Positions 1 to 10,469 of a stretch of 64,000 bases of DNA are shown here, in pieces. The stretch spans positions 320,001-384,000 of the forward strand of contig CAVSLV010000001.1 in assembly GCA_963728915.1 (NCBI GenBank), written 5' to 3'. The DNA is from an uncultured Gemmatimonadales bacterium (lineage in GTDB: Bacteria > Gemmatimonadota > Gemmatimonadetes > Gemmatimonadales > GWC2-71-9). The translations under genes were made by a program, and so were the position numbers. The notes beneath the pieces were generated by a model. That model ran no database searches. It saw nothing but the letters and a program-made list of their open reading frames with translations, and was not told where the DNA came from. Position 1 is the stretch's first letter; every line of letters begins with the position of its first letter.

Positions 1-2
1 AG

Positions 3-1022
3 GTCGGCACGGTGTTCTGCGGAGTCGCGGGCGAGCACCTCGCGGCGCGGAGCTCGCACGGGGTGGTCTCGGTGACCGGGAGCGAGATCCGCACCGGCGA
101 CGTGGCGCGGGTCAACGACGTGGCGAGCAACGTGAGCTTCGGCCGGGATCACGAGCTGCTCCATGCCATTCCCCAGGATTACCTGGTGGACCAGCAGGAG
201 GGGATCACCGAGCCAATCGGGATGACCGGGTCCCGGCTGGAAGCCGAGGTGTACCTGGTCACCATCCTCTCCAGCGCGGTCCAGAACCTCCGCCGCTGCG
301 TGGAGCGCGCGGGTTATGAGGTCGGGGAGTTCGTGCTGGAGCCCCTGGCGGCGTCGCTGGCGGTGCTCACTCCCGACGAGCGCGAGCTGGGCTGTGCTCT
401 GGTGGAGCTGGGCGGCGGCTCGACCAACGTCTCGGTGTTCCTGGGCGGCAAGATCCGCCACACCGCCAGCTCGACCTTCGCGGGTGGCCACGTCACCAGC
501 GATGTGGTGCAGGGGCTCCAGGTCACCCCGCCCGAGGCGGAGCGCCTCAAGGAGCGGTTCGGCGCGGCCTACGAGGCGCTGGTGGATGCCGACGAGGTGA
601 TCCAGCTCCCCGCGATGCCGGGCCAGCAGGCCCGGGCCGCGCACCGGCAGGTGCTCGCCCACATCATGCGGATGCGGACCCAGGAAATCTTCGAGCTGGC
701 GCTCGACGAGCTCTCGCGCACGGGGTATCGCCAGCGGCTCGGCGCGGGGATCATCCTGACCGGGGGCGGCGCCCAGGCGCCCGGCATCGTCGAGCTGGGG
801 CGCGAGGTGTTCGCGATGCCGGTGCGGGTCGGAAAGCCGGGCCAGGGGCTTTCCGGGCTGACCGACGAGATGGAATCGCCCCGCATGGCGGTGCCGGCGG
901 GGCTCCTGCTCTATGGGGCGAAGGAAGCGATGACCGGCGGCGGATTCGGTCCGGGACGCCGCGCGCCGGCGGTGGAAAAGGTGTTCGGTCCCGTCCGACG
1001 ATGGCTCCAGGATTTCTTCTGA
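3..1022 (+). CDS. ftsA: Cell division protein FtsA (5'-truncated by window edge)
   Basis: Frame open from the window start; actin-like motifs (LVELGGGST, IILTGGGAQ); C-terminal amphipathic helix RRWLQDFF; directly upstream of ftsZ. Confidence 0.96.
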   Translation, partial: VGTVFCGVAGEHLAARSSHGVVSVTGSEIRTGDVARVNDVASNVSFGRDHELLHAIPQDYLVDQQEGITEPIGMTGSRLEAEVYLVTILSSAVQNLRRCVERAGYEVGEFVLEPLAASLAVLTPDERELGCALVELGGGSTNVSVFLGGKIRHTASSTFAGGHVTSDVVQGLQVTPPEAERLKERFGAAYEALVDADEVIQLPAMPGQQARAAHRQVLAHIMRMRTQEIFELALDELSRTGYRQRLGAGIILTGGGAQAPGIVELGREVFAMPVRVGKPGQGLSGLTDEMESPRMAVPAGLLLYGAKEAMTGGGFGPGRRAPAVEKVFGPVRRWLQDFF

Positions 1023-1044
1023 TTCAACCCGCGAGGACTCGGCC

Positions 1045-2247
1045 ATGATCTTCGAACTCGAAGAACCGAACGCGCAGCAGGCCCGCATGAAGGTGATCGG
1101 CGTCGGGGGCGGCGGCAGCAATGCCGTCAACCGGATGATCGAGGAACGCCTGGTCGGGGTGGAATTCATTTCGGTGAATACCGACTCCCAGGCGCTCTCC
1201 AAATCCAGATCGGACCACAAGGTCCAGATCGGGAAGAAGCTCACCCGCGGGTTAGGAGCGGGCGCCCGCCCCGAGATCGGCCGCCAGGCCATCGAGGAGA
1301 ACCGCGACGAGGTCCTGGCCGCGATGCAGGGCGCCGACCTGGTCTTCGTGACCTGCGGGATGGGCGGCGGCACCGGCACCGGCTCGGCCCCGGTGATCGC
1401 CCAGATGGCCCGGGACATCGGCGCCCTCACCGTGGGGATCGTGACCAAGCCGTTCCTCTTCGAGGGACGCCAGCGGATGAAGCAGGCGGAGACCGGGATC
1501 ATGGAGATGCGCCACTCGGTGGACACCATGATCGTGGTGCCCAACGAACGGCTCATGGCGGTGGTGGGGAAGGGCTTCAAGTTCGAGGATGCCCTGAAGA
1601 AGGCCGACGAGGTGCTCCTCAACGCCACCCAGGGCATCGCCGACCTCATCACCCGGACCGGACTCATCAACGTGGACTTTGCCGACGTCCGGACCGTGAT
1701 GCAGAACGGGGGGTCGGCCCTGATGGGGATCGGGCAGGGCCGGGGGGAGAACCGCGCCCTCGAGGCCGCCCAGCAGGCCATCTCGAGCCCCCTCCTGGAC
1801 AGCATCTCGATCGCCGGGGCGACCGGGGTCTTGATGAACATCACCAGCAGCGATATAACCATGGGGGAGGTCACCCAGATCTCCGAGATCATCCACGACG
1901 CGGCCGGCGACCACGCCGAGATTATCTTCGGAGCCTGCTCCGAGCCGCTGCCTGACGGGGAAATCCGGGTCACCGTGATCGCCACCGGCTTCGACCGCGC
2001 CATTACCGGCGAGTCGACTCCGGCCCGGGCGCCCGGGGTGCTCCAGTTCCCCGAGCGGAAGCGGGCGGTGGCGGGTGGCGGCTCGATCGGCGGGCCGATC
2101 CAGACCAGTGGGCCGGTCTCCAGCGGCCCGGTCACCAGCGCCGGCCCGAGAACGGTGGTCCCGAGGGCCCAGGCTCGTAGCGCAACCGGCGCACCGGAAG
2201 TCTCCGATATGGAGATTCCGACCTTTATCCGGAGGCAAATGGATTGA
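1045..2247 (+). CDS. ftsZ: Cell division protein FtsZ
   Basis: GVGGGGSNAVNRM, tubulin signature GMGGGTGTG, NVDFADV, C-terminal peptide DMEIPTFIRRQMD; GAGGA RBS. Confidence 0.99.
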   Translation: MIFELEEPNAQQARMKVIGVGGGGSNAVNRMIEERLVGVEFISVNTDSQALSKSRSDHKVQIGKKLTRGLGAGARPEIGRQAIEENRDEVLAAMQGADLVFVTCGMGGGTGTGSAPVIAQMARDIGALTVGIVTKPFLFEGRQRMKQAETGIMEMRHSVDTMIVVPNERLMAVVGKGFKFEDALKKADEVLLNATQGIADLITRTGLINVDFADVRTVMQNGGSALMGIGQGRGENRALEAAQQAISSPLLDSISIAGATGVLMNITSSDITMGEVTQISEIIHDAAGDHAEIIFGACSEPLPDGEIRVTVIATGFDRAITGESTPARAPGVLQFPERKRAVAGGGSIGGPIQTSGPVSSGPVTSAGPRTVVPRAQARSATGAPEVSDMEIPTFIRRQMD

Positions 2248-3506
2248 CCCCGAGCGCCAGGCTTCGTGTCGGACTTGCGGTGGTGGTTCTGGCCGTTGCG
2301 GCCATCCTCACCGCGAACGGACGATGGCCCTGGCGCCGGCTCGAGGCTCCTGCCGTGGCGGCGGTGGAGCAACCGCTCGCCCCGATCCGGGTCACCCATT
2401 CGGATACGCTGCGCTCGGGAGAAACCCTGAGCGACGTGCTGGTTCGCCAGGGACTCTTCCCCGGCGATCTCGTTGCCCTGTTCAAGCAGGCTGGTCTCGA
2501 TCCCCGCCGGTTACGAGCCGGCCTCATCCTCAAGTTTGGCCGTCCCGCCCAGGATACCACCCCGAACGAGATCCGGGTTCGGGTGAGCCCCACGCTCCGG
2601 CTCGCACTCTGGAAGCAGGACAGCAATTGGACCGCGGCATCGGAGCCGGTGCCCTGGCAACGCGAAGTGCTCCGGATCGAAGGGCCGATCGAGAGCTCGC
2701 TCTACGATGCGCTCGACGACCGGATCACCGACGACGTGCTCGACTACGGCAATCGGGTGCGCCTGGCCTGGGACCTCGCGGATATCTACGCCTGGTCGGT
2801 GGACTTCAACCGGGATATTCAGGATGGCGACCGCTTCACGGTCCTGGTCGAGCGGGAAATCTCCGATGAGGGCGAGGTCCGGGTGGGCAACATCCTCGCC
2901 GCCGATCTGCTCTCATCCGGCAAGCATCTCAAGGCATTCCGGTTCGACATTCCGGGGCAGGGAGCCCATTATTTCGATGGCGACGGGAATTCGCTCCGCC
3001 GGGCATTTCTCCGCGCGCCGGTCGAATTCCGCCGGATCGCTTCCAGCTTCAGTCGCTCCCGCTTCCATCCCATCCTCGGCATCTGGCGGAAGCACGAGGG
3101 AACCGACTACGCCGCCGCGCCGGGCACCCCGGTGCTCGCGTCGGGCGACGGGGTGGTGACGCACGCCGGCTGGCAGGGCGGATATGGGAACCTGATCGAG
3201 CTGCGACACCGAAACGGTATTACCACACGCTACGGGCATCTGCGTGGATTCGCGAGCGGGATCAGAGTCGGAGAGCGGGTCTCCCAGGGCGAAGTGATCG
3301 GGTATGTGGGATCGACCGGCCTGGCCAGCGGTCCGCACCTCCACTACGAATTCCGGGTGAATGGCGTCGCGCAGGACTCCCGGCGCATGGATCTTGGTCC
3401 GGTCGAGCCGATTCCCGGGACATTCCGGGCTCAGTTCCGGGCCGAGCAGGTCCGGTTGACGGATAGGTTGAACGGCATCACCACTCCGGTAAATGCAGGG
3501 GGCTAG
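2244..3506 (+). CDS. M23 family peptidoglycan DD-metalloendopeptidase (MepM/Csd3-like)
   Basis: N-terminal membrane anchor; Zn motifs HEGTD and GPHLHYE; TTGA overlap with the ftsZ stop. Confidence 0.93.
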   Translation: MTPSARLRVGLAVVVLAVAAILTANGRWPWRRLEAPAVAAVEQPLAPIRVTHSDTLRSGETLSDVLVRQGLFPGDLVALFKQAGLDPRRLRAGLILKFGRPAQDTTPNEIRVRVSPTLRLALWKQDSNWTAASEPVPWQREVLRIEGPIESSLYDALDDRITDDVLDYGNRVRLAWDLADIYAWSVDFNRDIQDGDRFTVLVEREISDEGEVRVGNILAADLLSSGKHLKAFRFDIPGQGAHYFDGDGNSLRRAFLRAPVEFRRIASSFSRSRFHPILGIWRKHEGTDYAAAPGTPVLASGDGVVTHAGWQGGYGNLIELRHRNGITTRYGHLRGFASGIRVGERVSQGEVIGYVGSTGLASGPHLHYEFRVNGVAQDSRRMDLGPVEPIPGTFRAQFRAEQVRLTDRLNGITTPVNAGG

Positions 3507-3531
3507 TCGGTAGGTCGCGTTTCCCCGCCTC

Positions 3532-3537
3532 TATAAT
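3532..3537 (+). promoter_or_regulatory. Consensus -10 box TATAAT, 9 nt before ATG 3547
   Basis: Perfect TATAAT in a GC-rich context within a 40-bp intergenic gap; no convincing -35 or SD. Confidence 0.55.
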
Positions 3538-3546
3538 TCAGTCCTC

Positions 3547-5325
3547 ATGTTATTCGCGGTGTCTCTCCTGGCCGGTGCTGTGGCTTTTCTGTCCTACCGG
3601 GCCTTCGAGCAGTGGACCGCCCGGAGCTGGCTCCCGGCGAGCCTCCGCGGCGTTGGGTGGGCCGCCCTCGTTCTGTTGCTGCTCAATGCAAGCTGTCCCG
3701 CGGCGCCCGCCGCGGTTCGGCCCATCGTGCTGCTCGACGCGTCGCTCAGCATGCAGGCTGCCGGAGGGAGGTGGGCTGAGGCCCGGACACTTGCCCAGGG
3801 GTTGGGCGAGGTGAGGTACCTGGGCACGACCCGGGGAGACACGCTGCCGGTTGGCGGGCGATCCCGATTTGCCGACCCGGTGACCGCCGCGCTGGCGACC
3901 GGCCGGCCGGTCATCCTGATCTCCGACGGCGAGGTCGAAGACGGAGAGGAGATCCTGGCGGGCGAGTCGATTCCGGAGATCCGGATCCTTCCGCGACGCA
4001 CCGAAGCGGATCTGGCCCTGACACGGGTGGAAGGCAATCGCCGGGTGAGTGCCGGGGACACCCTCCGCTTCGACACGGAGATCGAAGGGCGGGGAGTTCC
4101 CCCGGGGAACAAGGTGACGGTCGAGATCCGGGAAGGTTCCCGGGTCTGGCTCCACTCCGCGGGTTCGGTCGATTCGGGAGGACGGGCGCGGGTCAGGCTC
4201 GAAGGCCCGCTCCCGAACGTCGGAGCCGGGGTTCACGTTCTTCGGATTGCGCTCGCCGACCCGGGCGACGCCGAGCCGCGAACGGACGCGAGGCTTTGGG
4301 TGCTCCACGTCGTTCCGACTCCGGGGGTGGTCCTGCTCGCTTCGTCACCATCGTGGGAGAGCCGGTTCCTCACCTCCACGATTCGCGATGTCGCGGCAGT
4401 CCCGGTTCGCGGCTACCTCGAAACGGAGCCGGGCTCGTGGCGCCGGGCGGGTGATCTTGCTCCCGCGGCGACCTCGGAGGTGACCGAGGCCGCAAGGAAA
4501 GCAGACCTGTTGATCACCATGGGGGCCGAGCCGGAGCTGGTCCGAGGGAGCAGGGCGCGCGGCCGATGGAGCTGGCCTGTCGGGCCGTCCAGTCTCGACG
4601 GCGACTGGTACGTCACGCCGGGCGACGCTTCACCGGTCAGCGGAGCCCTGGTGGGATTGGCGGTCGATTCCTTCCCGCCGGGAACCGCGGTGGTGGAGCT
4701 TGCTCCCGGTCCGGGAGACTGGGTCGGGCTCTCCGCGCAAATGAGCCGGCGGGGCAAGGGACGACCCGTGCTCATCGGCCGGGATTCGGCCGGAGTCCGC
4801 CGGGTCATCACGGGGATCGAAGGGCTCTGGCGCTGGGCCTTCCGGGGCGGCTCGAGCGAGCAGGGGTATCGGGCGCTGGTTGCCTCAGCGGTTTCCTGGC
4901 TCCTGGCCGGGAGTGACAGTCTGACCGGTAAGGCCCGGCTACAGCAGGAAGTCGTTTCCCAGGGCATCCCGGCGACCTTCGAATGGACCGGCAGCGGCGC
5001 TTCGGCCCCGCTTGGAATCGAATGGATGGGAGAAACCGGAACCCGGCAGGATACTCTGGCGTTCGATGGGAGCGGACGGGCGTCGCTGCTGATGCCTCTC
5101 GGGATCTGGCGATATCACCTGAGTGGTGGTGGAGAAGGGATCCTCGCGGTGGAACAGTATTCCTCCGAATTCCTGGTTCATGGGGTGACGCTGGCGGATC
5201 GGTCCGCCGCGGTGCGTCCCATGGCGCTCCGCCGCCCGGTCCGGGGTTGGATCTGGCTCTTCGCCCTCGCGGCTCTTGCGTTCGCGGGGGAGTGGACCGC
5301 GCGGCGACGGCTGGGGCTTCGCTGA
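3547..5325 (+). CDS. Membrane protein with VWA-like domain and Ig-like region
   Basis: Two N-terminal hydrophobic helices; MIDAS-like LLDASLSM and ILISDGE; C-terminal TM ending EWTARRRLGLR. Confidence 0.7.
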   Translation: MLFAVSLLAGAVAFLSYRAFEQWTARSWLPASLRGVGWAALVLLLLNASCPAAPAAVRPIVLLDASLSMQAAGGRWAEARTLAQGLGEVRYLGTTRGDTLPVGGRSRFADPVTAALATGRPVILISDGEVEDGEEILAGESIPEIRILPRRTEADLALTRVEGNRRVSAGDTLRFDTEIEGRGVPPGNKVTVEIREGSRVWLHSAGSVDSGGRARVRLEGPLPNVGAGVHVLRIALADPGDAEPRTDARLWVLHVVPTPGVVLLASSPSWESRFLTSTIRDVAAVPVRGYLETEPGSWRRAGDLAPAATSEVTEAARKADLLITMGAEPELVRGSRARGRWSWPVGPSSLDGDWYVTPGDASPVSGALVGLAVDSFPPGTAVVELAPGPGDWVGLSAQMSRRGKGRPVLIGRDSAGVRRVITGIEGLWRWAFRGGSSEQGYRALVASAVSWLLAGSDSLTGKARLQQEVVSQGIPATFEWTGSGASAPLGIEWMGETGTRQDTLAFDGSGRASLLMPLGIWRYHLSGGGEGILAVEQYSSEFLVHGVTLADRSAAVRPMALRRPVRGWIWLFALAALAFAGEWTARRRLGLR

Positions 5326-6269
5326 TGGCCGGCCGAGTCACCCGGCGAACCCGGCTCGGCCTGTGGGCCCGGCTCAAGCGCCTGGCGCTGACCGATGTCG
5401 GCGCGATCGCGCGAGGGTTCCGGGCCGCCGATGTGGAGGCCATGGAGCGGCTCCTCCTCGAGTCGGACTTCGGGGTACCCGCCACGACGGAGCTGGTGGA
5501 GATGCTGGAGACGGGGGTGCGGGCCGGGCGGCTCAAGAGCGAGGACGACCTTCGGCAAGCGCTTGCGGAGCGGATCGCGGCGCTGCTGGAGAGCCCCGGG
5601 GACCCGGCCATCCTAACCCGCGCTGCCTCGGGACCGACCGTGGTGCTGGTGGTCGGGGTCAACGGGAGCGGGAAGACCACCACGATCGCCAAGCTGGCCC
5701 GGCGGCTTCAGGGCAGCGGAGACCGGGTCCTCCTGGCCGGGGCCGACACCTTCCGCGCCGGCGCGATCGATCAGCTGGAGACCTGGGGCCGCCGGCTTGG
5801 CCTCGAGTGCGTTTCCGGCGCGCCGGGTGGCGATCCGGCCGCGGTCGCGTTCGATGCGATCGGCGCGGCGCAGTCGCGGCACGCGACGGTGGTCATCGTC
5901 GATACCGCGGGCCGGCTGCATACCCAGGAAGGGCTGATGGAGGAGCTCCGGAAGATCGTCCGGGTCATCGGCCGGAAAGCCCCCGGCGCGCCGCAGGAGA
6001 CCCTGCTGGTCCTCGATGGAACGGTGGGGCAGAATGCGGTCCAGCAAGGGAAGCTGTTCATGGAAGCGGTGCGCCCGACCGGTATCGTGGTCACCAAGCT
6101 CGACGGGACCGCCCGGGGTGGCGCGGTGGTGGCGCTCCGCCGGGAGCTGAATGTCCCGATCCGGTTTCTCGGTATCGGCGAGGATTCGGAGGACCTCGAG
6201 CCCTTCGACGCCCACCGGTTCGCCGAGGACCTGCTGGCCTCGCCGGATGAAGAGGCGCCCAGCGCCTGA
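5325..6269 (+). CDS. ftsY: Signal recognition particle receptor FtsY (NG domain only)
   Basis: GVNGSGKTTT, DTFRAGA, DTAGR, TKLDGTARGG; start placed at ATG 5325 (TGATG coupling), in frame with track ORF 4983..6269. Confidence 0.96.
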   Translation: MAGRVTRRTRLGLWARLKRLALTDVGAIARGFRAADVEAMERLLLESDFGVPATTELVEMLETGVRAGRLKSEDDLRQALAERIAALLESPGDPAILTRAASGPTVVLVVGVNGSGKTTTIAKLARRLQGSGDRVLLAGADTFRAGAIDQLETWGRRLGLECVSGAPGGDPAAVAFDAIGAAQSRHATVVIVDTAGRLHTQEGLMEELRKIVRVIGRKAPGAPQETLLVLDGTVGQNAVQQGKLFMEAVRPTGIVVTKLDGTARGGAVVALRRELNVPIRFLGIGEDSEDLEPFDAHRFAEDLLASPDEEAPSA

Positions 6270-6270
6270 C

Positions 6271-8340
6271 ATGCCGGTTCTTCATCTCGATACCCCGGTC
6301 AAGTTCCTGAAGGGGATTGGAGAGCGCCGTGCCGAGGCGCTCGAGCGGCTGGGAATCATGGCCGCGCAGGATCTGCTCTGGCACTTGCCGCATCGATATG
6401 TAGATGCTTCCACCGTCACGCCGCTGGCGCGAGCCCGCGTCGGCGAGGATGTCGCGTGCGTCGGGAAGGTGGTGGACAAGGGAATCCTCCCGACCCGGCG
6501 CGGGCTTCGGATCTTCCACGCGGTGCTCCGGGACGAGAGCGGGATGCTGGAATGCGCCTGGCCGGGACAGGCCTTTCTGGACCGGAGCATCGAAGTCGGG
6601 CAGACCCTGCTCGTGGCCGGACCGATTCGTTTCTATCACGGGCGACAGATGGCGCCGCGGGAGTTCCTCATCCTGGCCGGCCCCGATGACGGAGAACAGG
6701 GCGCCTGGCAGCGAGGCAAGGTGCTGCCGGTCTATCCCGCTACGGCCGGGCTGAGCCACAAGATCATTCGCGGGCTGATCGACCGGCACCTCGATGCGCT
6801 GGTGGCGTTGAGTCCGGAGATCCTTCCTCCAGAGCTGCTCGCGCGGTTCGGGCTCCCCACCCTTCCCGAGGCCCTGCGGGCCGTGCATCGACCCTCCACC
6901 ATCGCCGAAGCGGAACGGGGGAGACGCCGTCTCGCCCTCGATGAGCTGCTCGATCTCCAGGTGATGCTGGGCCGGGCCCGGCATCTGGCCAAGCGGGGAC
7001 GGAGCGGGATTCGCTTCGAGGTCAAGAAGCAGCTCACCACCGCGCTCAAAGACGCGCTTCCCTGGACCTTGACCGCCGATCAGCGGCAGGCGATCCGCGA
7101 GATCACCGCCGATATGACCGCGCCGGAACGGATGCATCGCCTGCTCATGGGCGATGTCGGCACCGGAAAGACCGTCGTGGCCCTGTTTGCGATGCTGGTC
7201 GCGATCGAGAACGGCTACCAGGCGGCTCTCATGGCCCCCACCGAGCTTCTCGCCGAGCAGCATCACGCCACCCTGAGCCGTCTCCTCGCGCCGCTCAATC
7301 TGAAGCCCGACCTTCTGATCGGACGGCTGGCTCCGGCGGAGAAGACGGCCGCCCGCGAGCGCTTGCGGGCCGGCCAGAGCCGCCTGGCGATCGGGACTCA
7401 CGCCCTGATGCAGGAGCAGGTGGCGTTTCAGCGGCTTGGACTGGTCGTCATCGACGAGCAGCATCGGTTCGGAGTCGAGCAGCGCGCCGCCTTGATCGGG
7501 AAGGGAAGCTCTCCCGACGTGCTCCTGCTCACCGCCACTCCGATTCCGCGCTCCCTCGCTCTCACCCGATATGGCGACCTCGATCTCTCGGTTCTCAAGG
7601 AGAAGCCGCCCGGCCGGGGCCTGGTTCGCACCGCGGTCCGGATCGGACGGCAGCGGGAGCGGGTGCTCGGCTTCGTCGAGAGCCAGTGCCGGGAAGGGAG
7701 ACAGGCCTACGTGGTGCTCCCGGTGATCGAAGAGACCGAGAAGGCCGATCTCCGCGCCGCGACCACCATGGCGACCACGCTCCAGAAGCGGTGGCCCGAG
7801 CTCGCGGTCGGGTTGGTGCACGGGCGGCTCAAGCCGGAGGAGCGTGACCAGGTCATGGATGCGTTCCGGGCCGGACGGATCCCCGTGCTGGTGGCGACCA
7901 CCGTGATCGAAGTGGGGATCGACGTTCCCAACGCCTCGATCATGCTGATCGAGCATCCCGAACGGTTCGGGCTGGCGCAGCTTCATCAGCTTCGCGGCCG
8001 GATCGGGAGAGGGACGGAGGAGAGCCACTGCATCCTGCTGACCGAGCACGACTCCGACCGGCTTCGAGTCTTCGCCTCCACCGAGGACGGGTTCCGCATC
8101 GCGGAGCTCGATCTGACCGAACGCCGCCAGGGAGACCTGCTGGGGGAACGGCAATCCGGCGCGGCCGACATCCGGGTGGCCCGGTTTCCCGAAGACAACG
8201 ACCTCCTGTCGGTGGCGCGGGAGATGTCGCGCGAGGTGCTGGAGCGGGATCCCGGGCTGGATCGTCCCGATCACGCGGGCCTCAAGGGACGCGCGGTACG
8301 CCGGTATCCCCGAGCTGAGGCACTCTTCCGGGTCGGATGA
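6271..8340 (+). CDS. recG: ATP-dependent DNA helicase RecG
   Basis: Wedge domain, GDVGTGKT, DEQHRFG, TATPIPR, QLRGRIGRG; ATG 6271 is 1 nt after the ftsY stop. Confidence 0.97.
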   Translation: MPVLHLDTPVKFLKGIGERRAEALERLGIMAAQDLLWHLPHRYVDASTVTPLARARVGEDVACVGKVVDKGILPTRRGLRIFHAVLRDESGMLECAWPGQAFLDRSIEVGQTLLVAGPIRFYHGRQMAPREFLILAGPDDGEQGAWQRGKVLPVYPATAGLSHKIIRGLIDRHLDALVALSPEILPPELLARFGLPTLPEALRAVHRPSTIAEAERGRRRLALDELLDLQVMLGRARHLAKRGRSGIRFEVKKQLTTALKDALPWTLTADQRQAIREITADMTAPERMHRLLMGDVGTGKTVVALFAMLVAIENGYQAALMAPTELLAEQHHATLSRLLAPLNLKPDLLIGRLAPAEKTAARERLRAGQSRLAIGTHALMQEQVAFQRLGLVVIDEQHRFGVEQRAALIGKGSSPDVLLLTATPIPRSLALTRYGDLDLSVLKEKPPGRGLVRTAVRIGRQRERVLGFVESQCREGRQAYVVLPVIEETEKADLRAATTMATTLQKRWPELAVGLVHGRLKPEERDQVMDAFRAGRIPVLVATTVIEVGIDVPNASIMLIEHPERFGLAQLHQLRGRIGRGTEESHCILLTEHDSDRLRVFASTEDGFRIAELDLTERRQGDLLGERQSGAADIRVARFPEDNDLLSVAREMSREVLERDPGLDRPDHAGLKGRAVRRYPRAEALFRVG

Positions 8341-8774
8341 GGCGACTCGCCGGAGTACTTTCAGGCGCCATCATGGTGGTCGCGGCGTACCTCGCGGCGT
8401 TCTTCCCATGGAGCACGGGGGCCGCGCCCTGGCTGCTCTGTCTGGGAATGGCGGTCCTCCTGCCGTCTCTCCTCTGGCTCGGCGTCGTTCCAACCACCTT
8501 GCGCGGGTACAGGGTGCGGGTGGTGCTCGTCCTCACCTTGTTCCTGGTCCTGCTGGCCGGGTTGGGTGGGGCCCTTCTGCCCGGGTCACCGGGAGACGAG
8601 GCGCTCGTGCTCGGGCTTCCCCGACGAGCGGCATGGCTCCTCTATGGGGTGGGACTCTTTCCCGGGCTTCTGCTCGGTATCATCTACGCCATCGGCTTCC
8701 GCCGCCTGGTGCTCGACCCGGCCCGCCTGGAGGCGCTTCGCCGGGAGCTCAACACGCGCACCGATCCTCGATGA
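8337..8774 (+). CDS. Small 4-TM membrane protein, probable partner of the downstream symporter
   Basis: Four hydrophobic segments; ATGA overlaps with recG and with the symporter. Confidence 0.7.
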   Translation: MRRLAGVLSGAIMVVAAYLAAFFPWSTGAAPWLLCLGMAVLLPSLLWLGVVPTTLRGYRVRVVLVLTLFLVLLAGLGGALLPGSPGDEALVLGLPRRAAWLLYGVGLFPGLLLGIIYAIGFRRLVLDPARLEALRRELNTRTDPR

Positions 8775-10324
8775 TTCCCGTGGCCCGAAGTTCCGCCATG
8801 CTCCTGGTGGCGGGGATATACGTGGCCGGCCTTGCCGTGATCGGGTGGTGGGCCGCGCGCCGTACCCGAAACGGGCAGGACTTCTTCGCCGCCGGCCGCC
8901 GGCTCGGACCGGTCACGCTGGCCATGGCTGCCATGGCCGCCACCCTCTCCGGATTCACCTTCATTGGTGGGCCGGGACTCTTCTACGCAAGAGGGTTCGG
9001 CGCCCTCCTGATCTTTCTGCCGGTCTCCATCACCGCGTCCCTCTCGGCCTGGGTGCTGGGAGTCCGGCTTCGATTGCTTGCGGAGGCGCGGGGCGTGGTC
9101 ACCATCCCCGAAGCGATTGCGGCGAGGTATGGGAGTCGAGCGGCGCAGGGGCTTGCCGCGGTCTCCATTCTTATCGCGGTGGTGGGCTACCTCGCCACCA
9201 ATCTGCTTGCGATGGGGCTCGTCCTCGACGCCCTCTTCGGCGTTGGCCGCGCCAATGGGATCTGGATCGGGGCTTTCATCGTTCTGGCGTATTCATTCGG
9301 TGGAGGAATTCTCGCGGGGGTCTACGCGGATCTTTTCCAGGGGGCGATCATGGCGGTCGCATCCCTTCTGGTGTTCTCCCTGGCGCTGCGAGTCGGGGGC
9401 GGCCTCGAGAGTATGTCGAGCGCCATCCTCTCCCGCGAGCCCTCCTTTCTCGCCCCCTGGGGATCCATGTCGCCGCTGGGCGGGCTTTCTCTCTTCTTCG
9501 TCTTCAGCCTGGGGGTGCTGGGCCAGCCGCACGTGCTCCACAAGTTCTACATGGTGAAGGACCCGCTGCAGCTCCGCTGGTTCCCCATCGCCAATACCGT
9601 GGCCATGGTACTCACCCTGGCGCTGCTGTTCGGCGTCGGCCTGGCGATGAAGACGGGAGTGCTGACCGGGGCGGTCCCGGCGCTTCAGAACCCCGACGAT
9701 GCCACGCCGGCCTTTCTGCTCCGCTACGCCTCGCCGGTGCTCGCGGGGGTCCTCTTCGCCGGAGTCGTCGCCGCCATCATGAGCACGGTCAACGCGTTTC
9801 TCAATGTGGGGGCCGCCGGGTTGGTGCGCGATCTTCCAGCCGCGCTCGGTTGGCCGGTCCGGAACGAGCTGGGGTACGGTCGGGTGGCCACGCTCGTGAT
9901 CGGCGGGGCCGCCGCGCTCGCGGCTCAGTCGGCGGGCAGCCTGGTCGCGTTACTCGGAATCTTCGGCTGGGGGCTGTTCGCCGCGACGCTGGTTCCGGCC
10001 CTGGGCATCGGTCTGGTCTGGCCGGGAGGAACCCGGAGCGGCGCGATCGCCTCGATCGGCACCGGGCTCGGTCTCACGCTGATCGGGGAAGTTTCGGGAT
10101 TCTACCGCTGGTACGGGCTCCCCGACGGTGTGACCACCGCCGGAGTCGCCCTGGGAGTTTCTCTGCTGGTGTACCTGCTGGTCTCGCTGGTGACGCGGCG
10201 GAGCAGCGCCCCGCCGGCTCGGGACATTCAGGCCATCATCACGCTGGGGAGTGGGTCTCCGCCGCGATCGTCCGGAACTCGAAGTGCGACGCCTGAACCG
10301 TCTCGTAGTCTCGATTGGTCTTGA
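8771..10324 (+). CDS. Sodium:solute symporter (SSS; PutP/PanF-like)
   Basis: DFFAAGRRLG, SGFTFIGGPG, GQPHVL, AAIMSTV; about 13 TM segments; ATG 8771 coupled to the upstream stop. Confidence 0.9.
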   Translation: MIPVARSSAMLLVAGIYVAGLAVIGWWAARRTRNGQDFFAAGRRLGPVTLAMAAMAATLSGFTFIGGPGLFYARGFGALLIFLPVSITASLSAWVLGVRLRLLAEARGVVTIPEAIAARYGSRAAQGLAAVSILIAVVGYLATNLLAMGLVLDALFGVGRANGIWIGAFIVLAYSFGGGILAGVYADLFQGAIMAVASLLVFSLALRVGGGLESMSSAILSREPSFLAPWGSMSPLGGLSLFFVFSLGVLGQPHVLHKFYMVKDPLQLRWFPIANTVAMVLTLALLFGVGLAMKTGVLTGAVPALQNPDDATPAFLLRYASPVLAGVLFAGVVAAIMSTVNAFLNVGAAGLVRDLPAALGWPVRNELGYGRVATLVIGGAAALAAQSAGSLVALLGIFGWGLFAATLVPALGIGLVWPGGTRSGAIASIGTGLGLTLIGEVSGFYRWYGLPDGVTTAGVALGVSLLVYLLVSLVTRRSSAPPARDIQAIITLGSGSPPRSSGTRSATPEPSRSLDWS

Positions 10325-10469
10325 GCCGCGTGATCCGACGTCCGAACATGTCGATCCTGCGAACCGTGACTCCGGGAAAGATGGGGGCCACTTCGTACCA
10401 GGTCCCGTGCTCGAGGCGCGGGTATCGCAATGCAAACTCGGGTTTGAGGCGTGCTTCCATGCGCGTCAT
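10239..10469 (-). CDS. Small hypothetical protein (76 aa, MTRMEARLKPEFALRYP...)
   Basis: Globular-protein composition unlike GC-rich shadow ORFs; AGGA RBS; candidate promoter TTGCGG-17-GATACT (10536..10508). Confidence 0.65.
   Translation of the reverse strand: MTRMEARLKPEFALRYPRLEHGTWYEVAPIFPGVTVRRIDMFGRRITRLKTNRDYETVQASHFEFRTIAAETHSPA

Noticed and set aside
6091..8274. Long antisense ORFs over recG (also 11790..14171, 46328..47998, 55081..57072)
   Set aside because: Typical stop-poor shadow frames of high-GC genes, with no motifs and fully overlapping well-supported genes.
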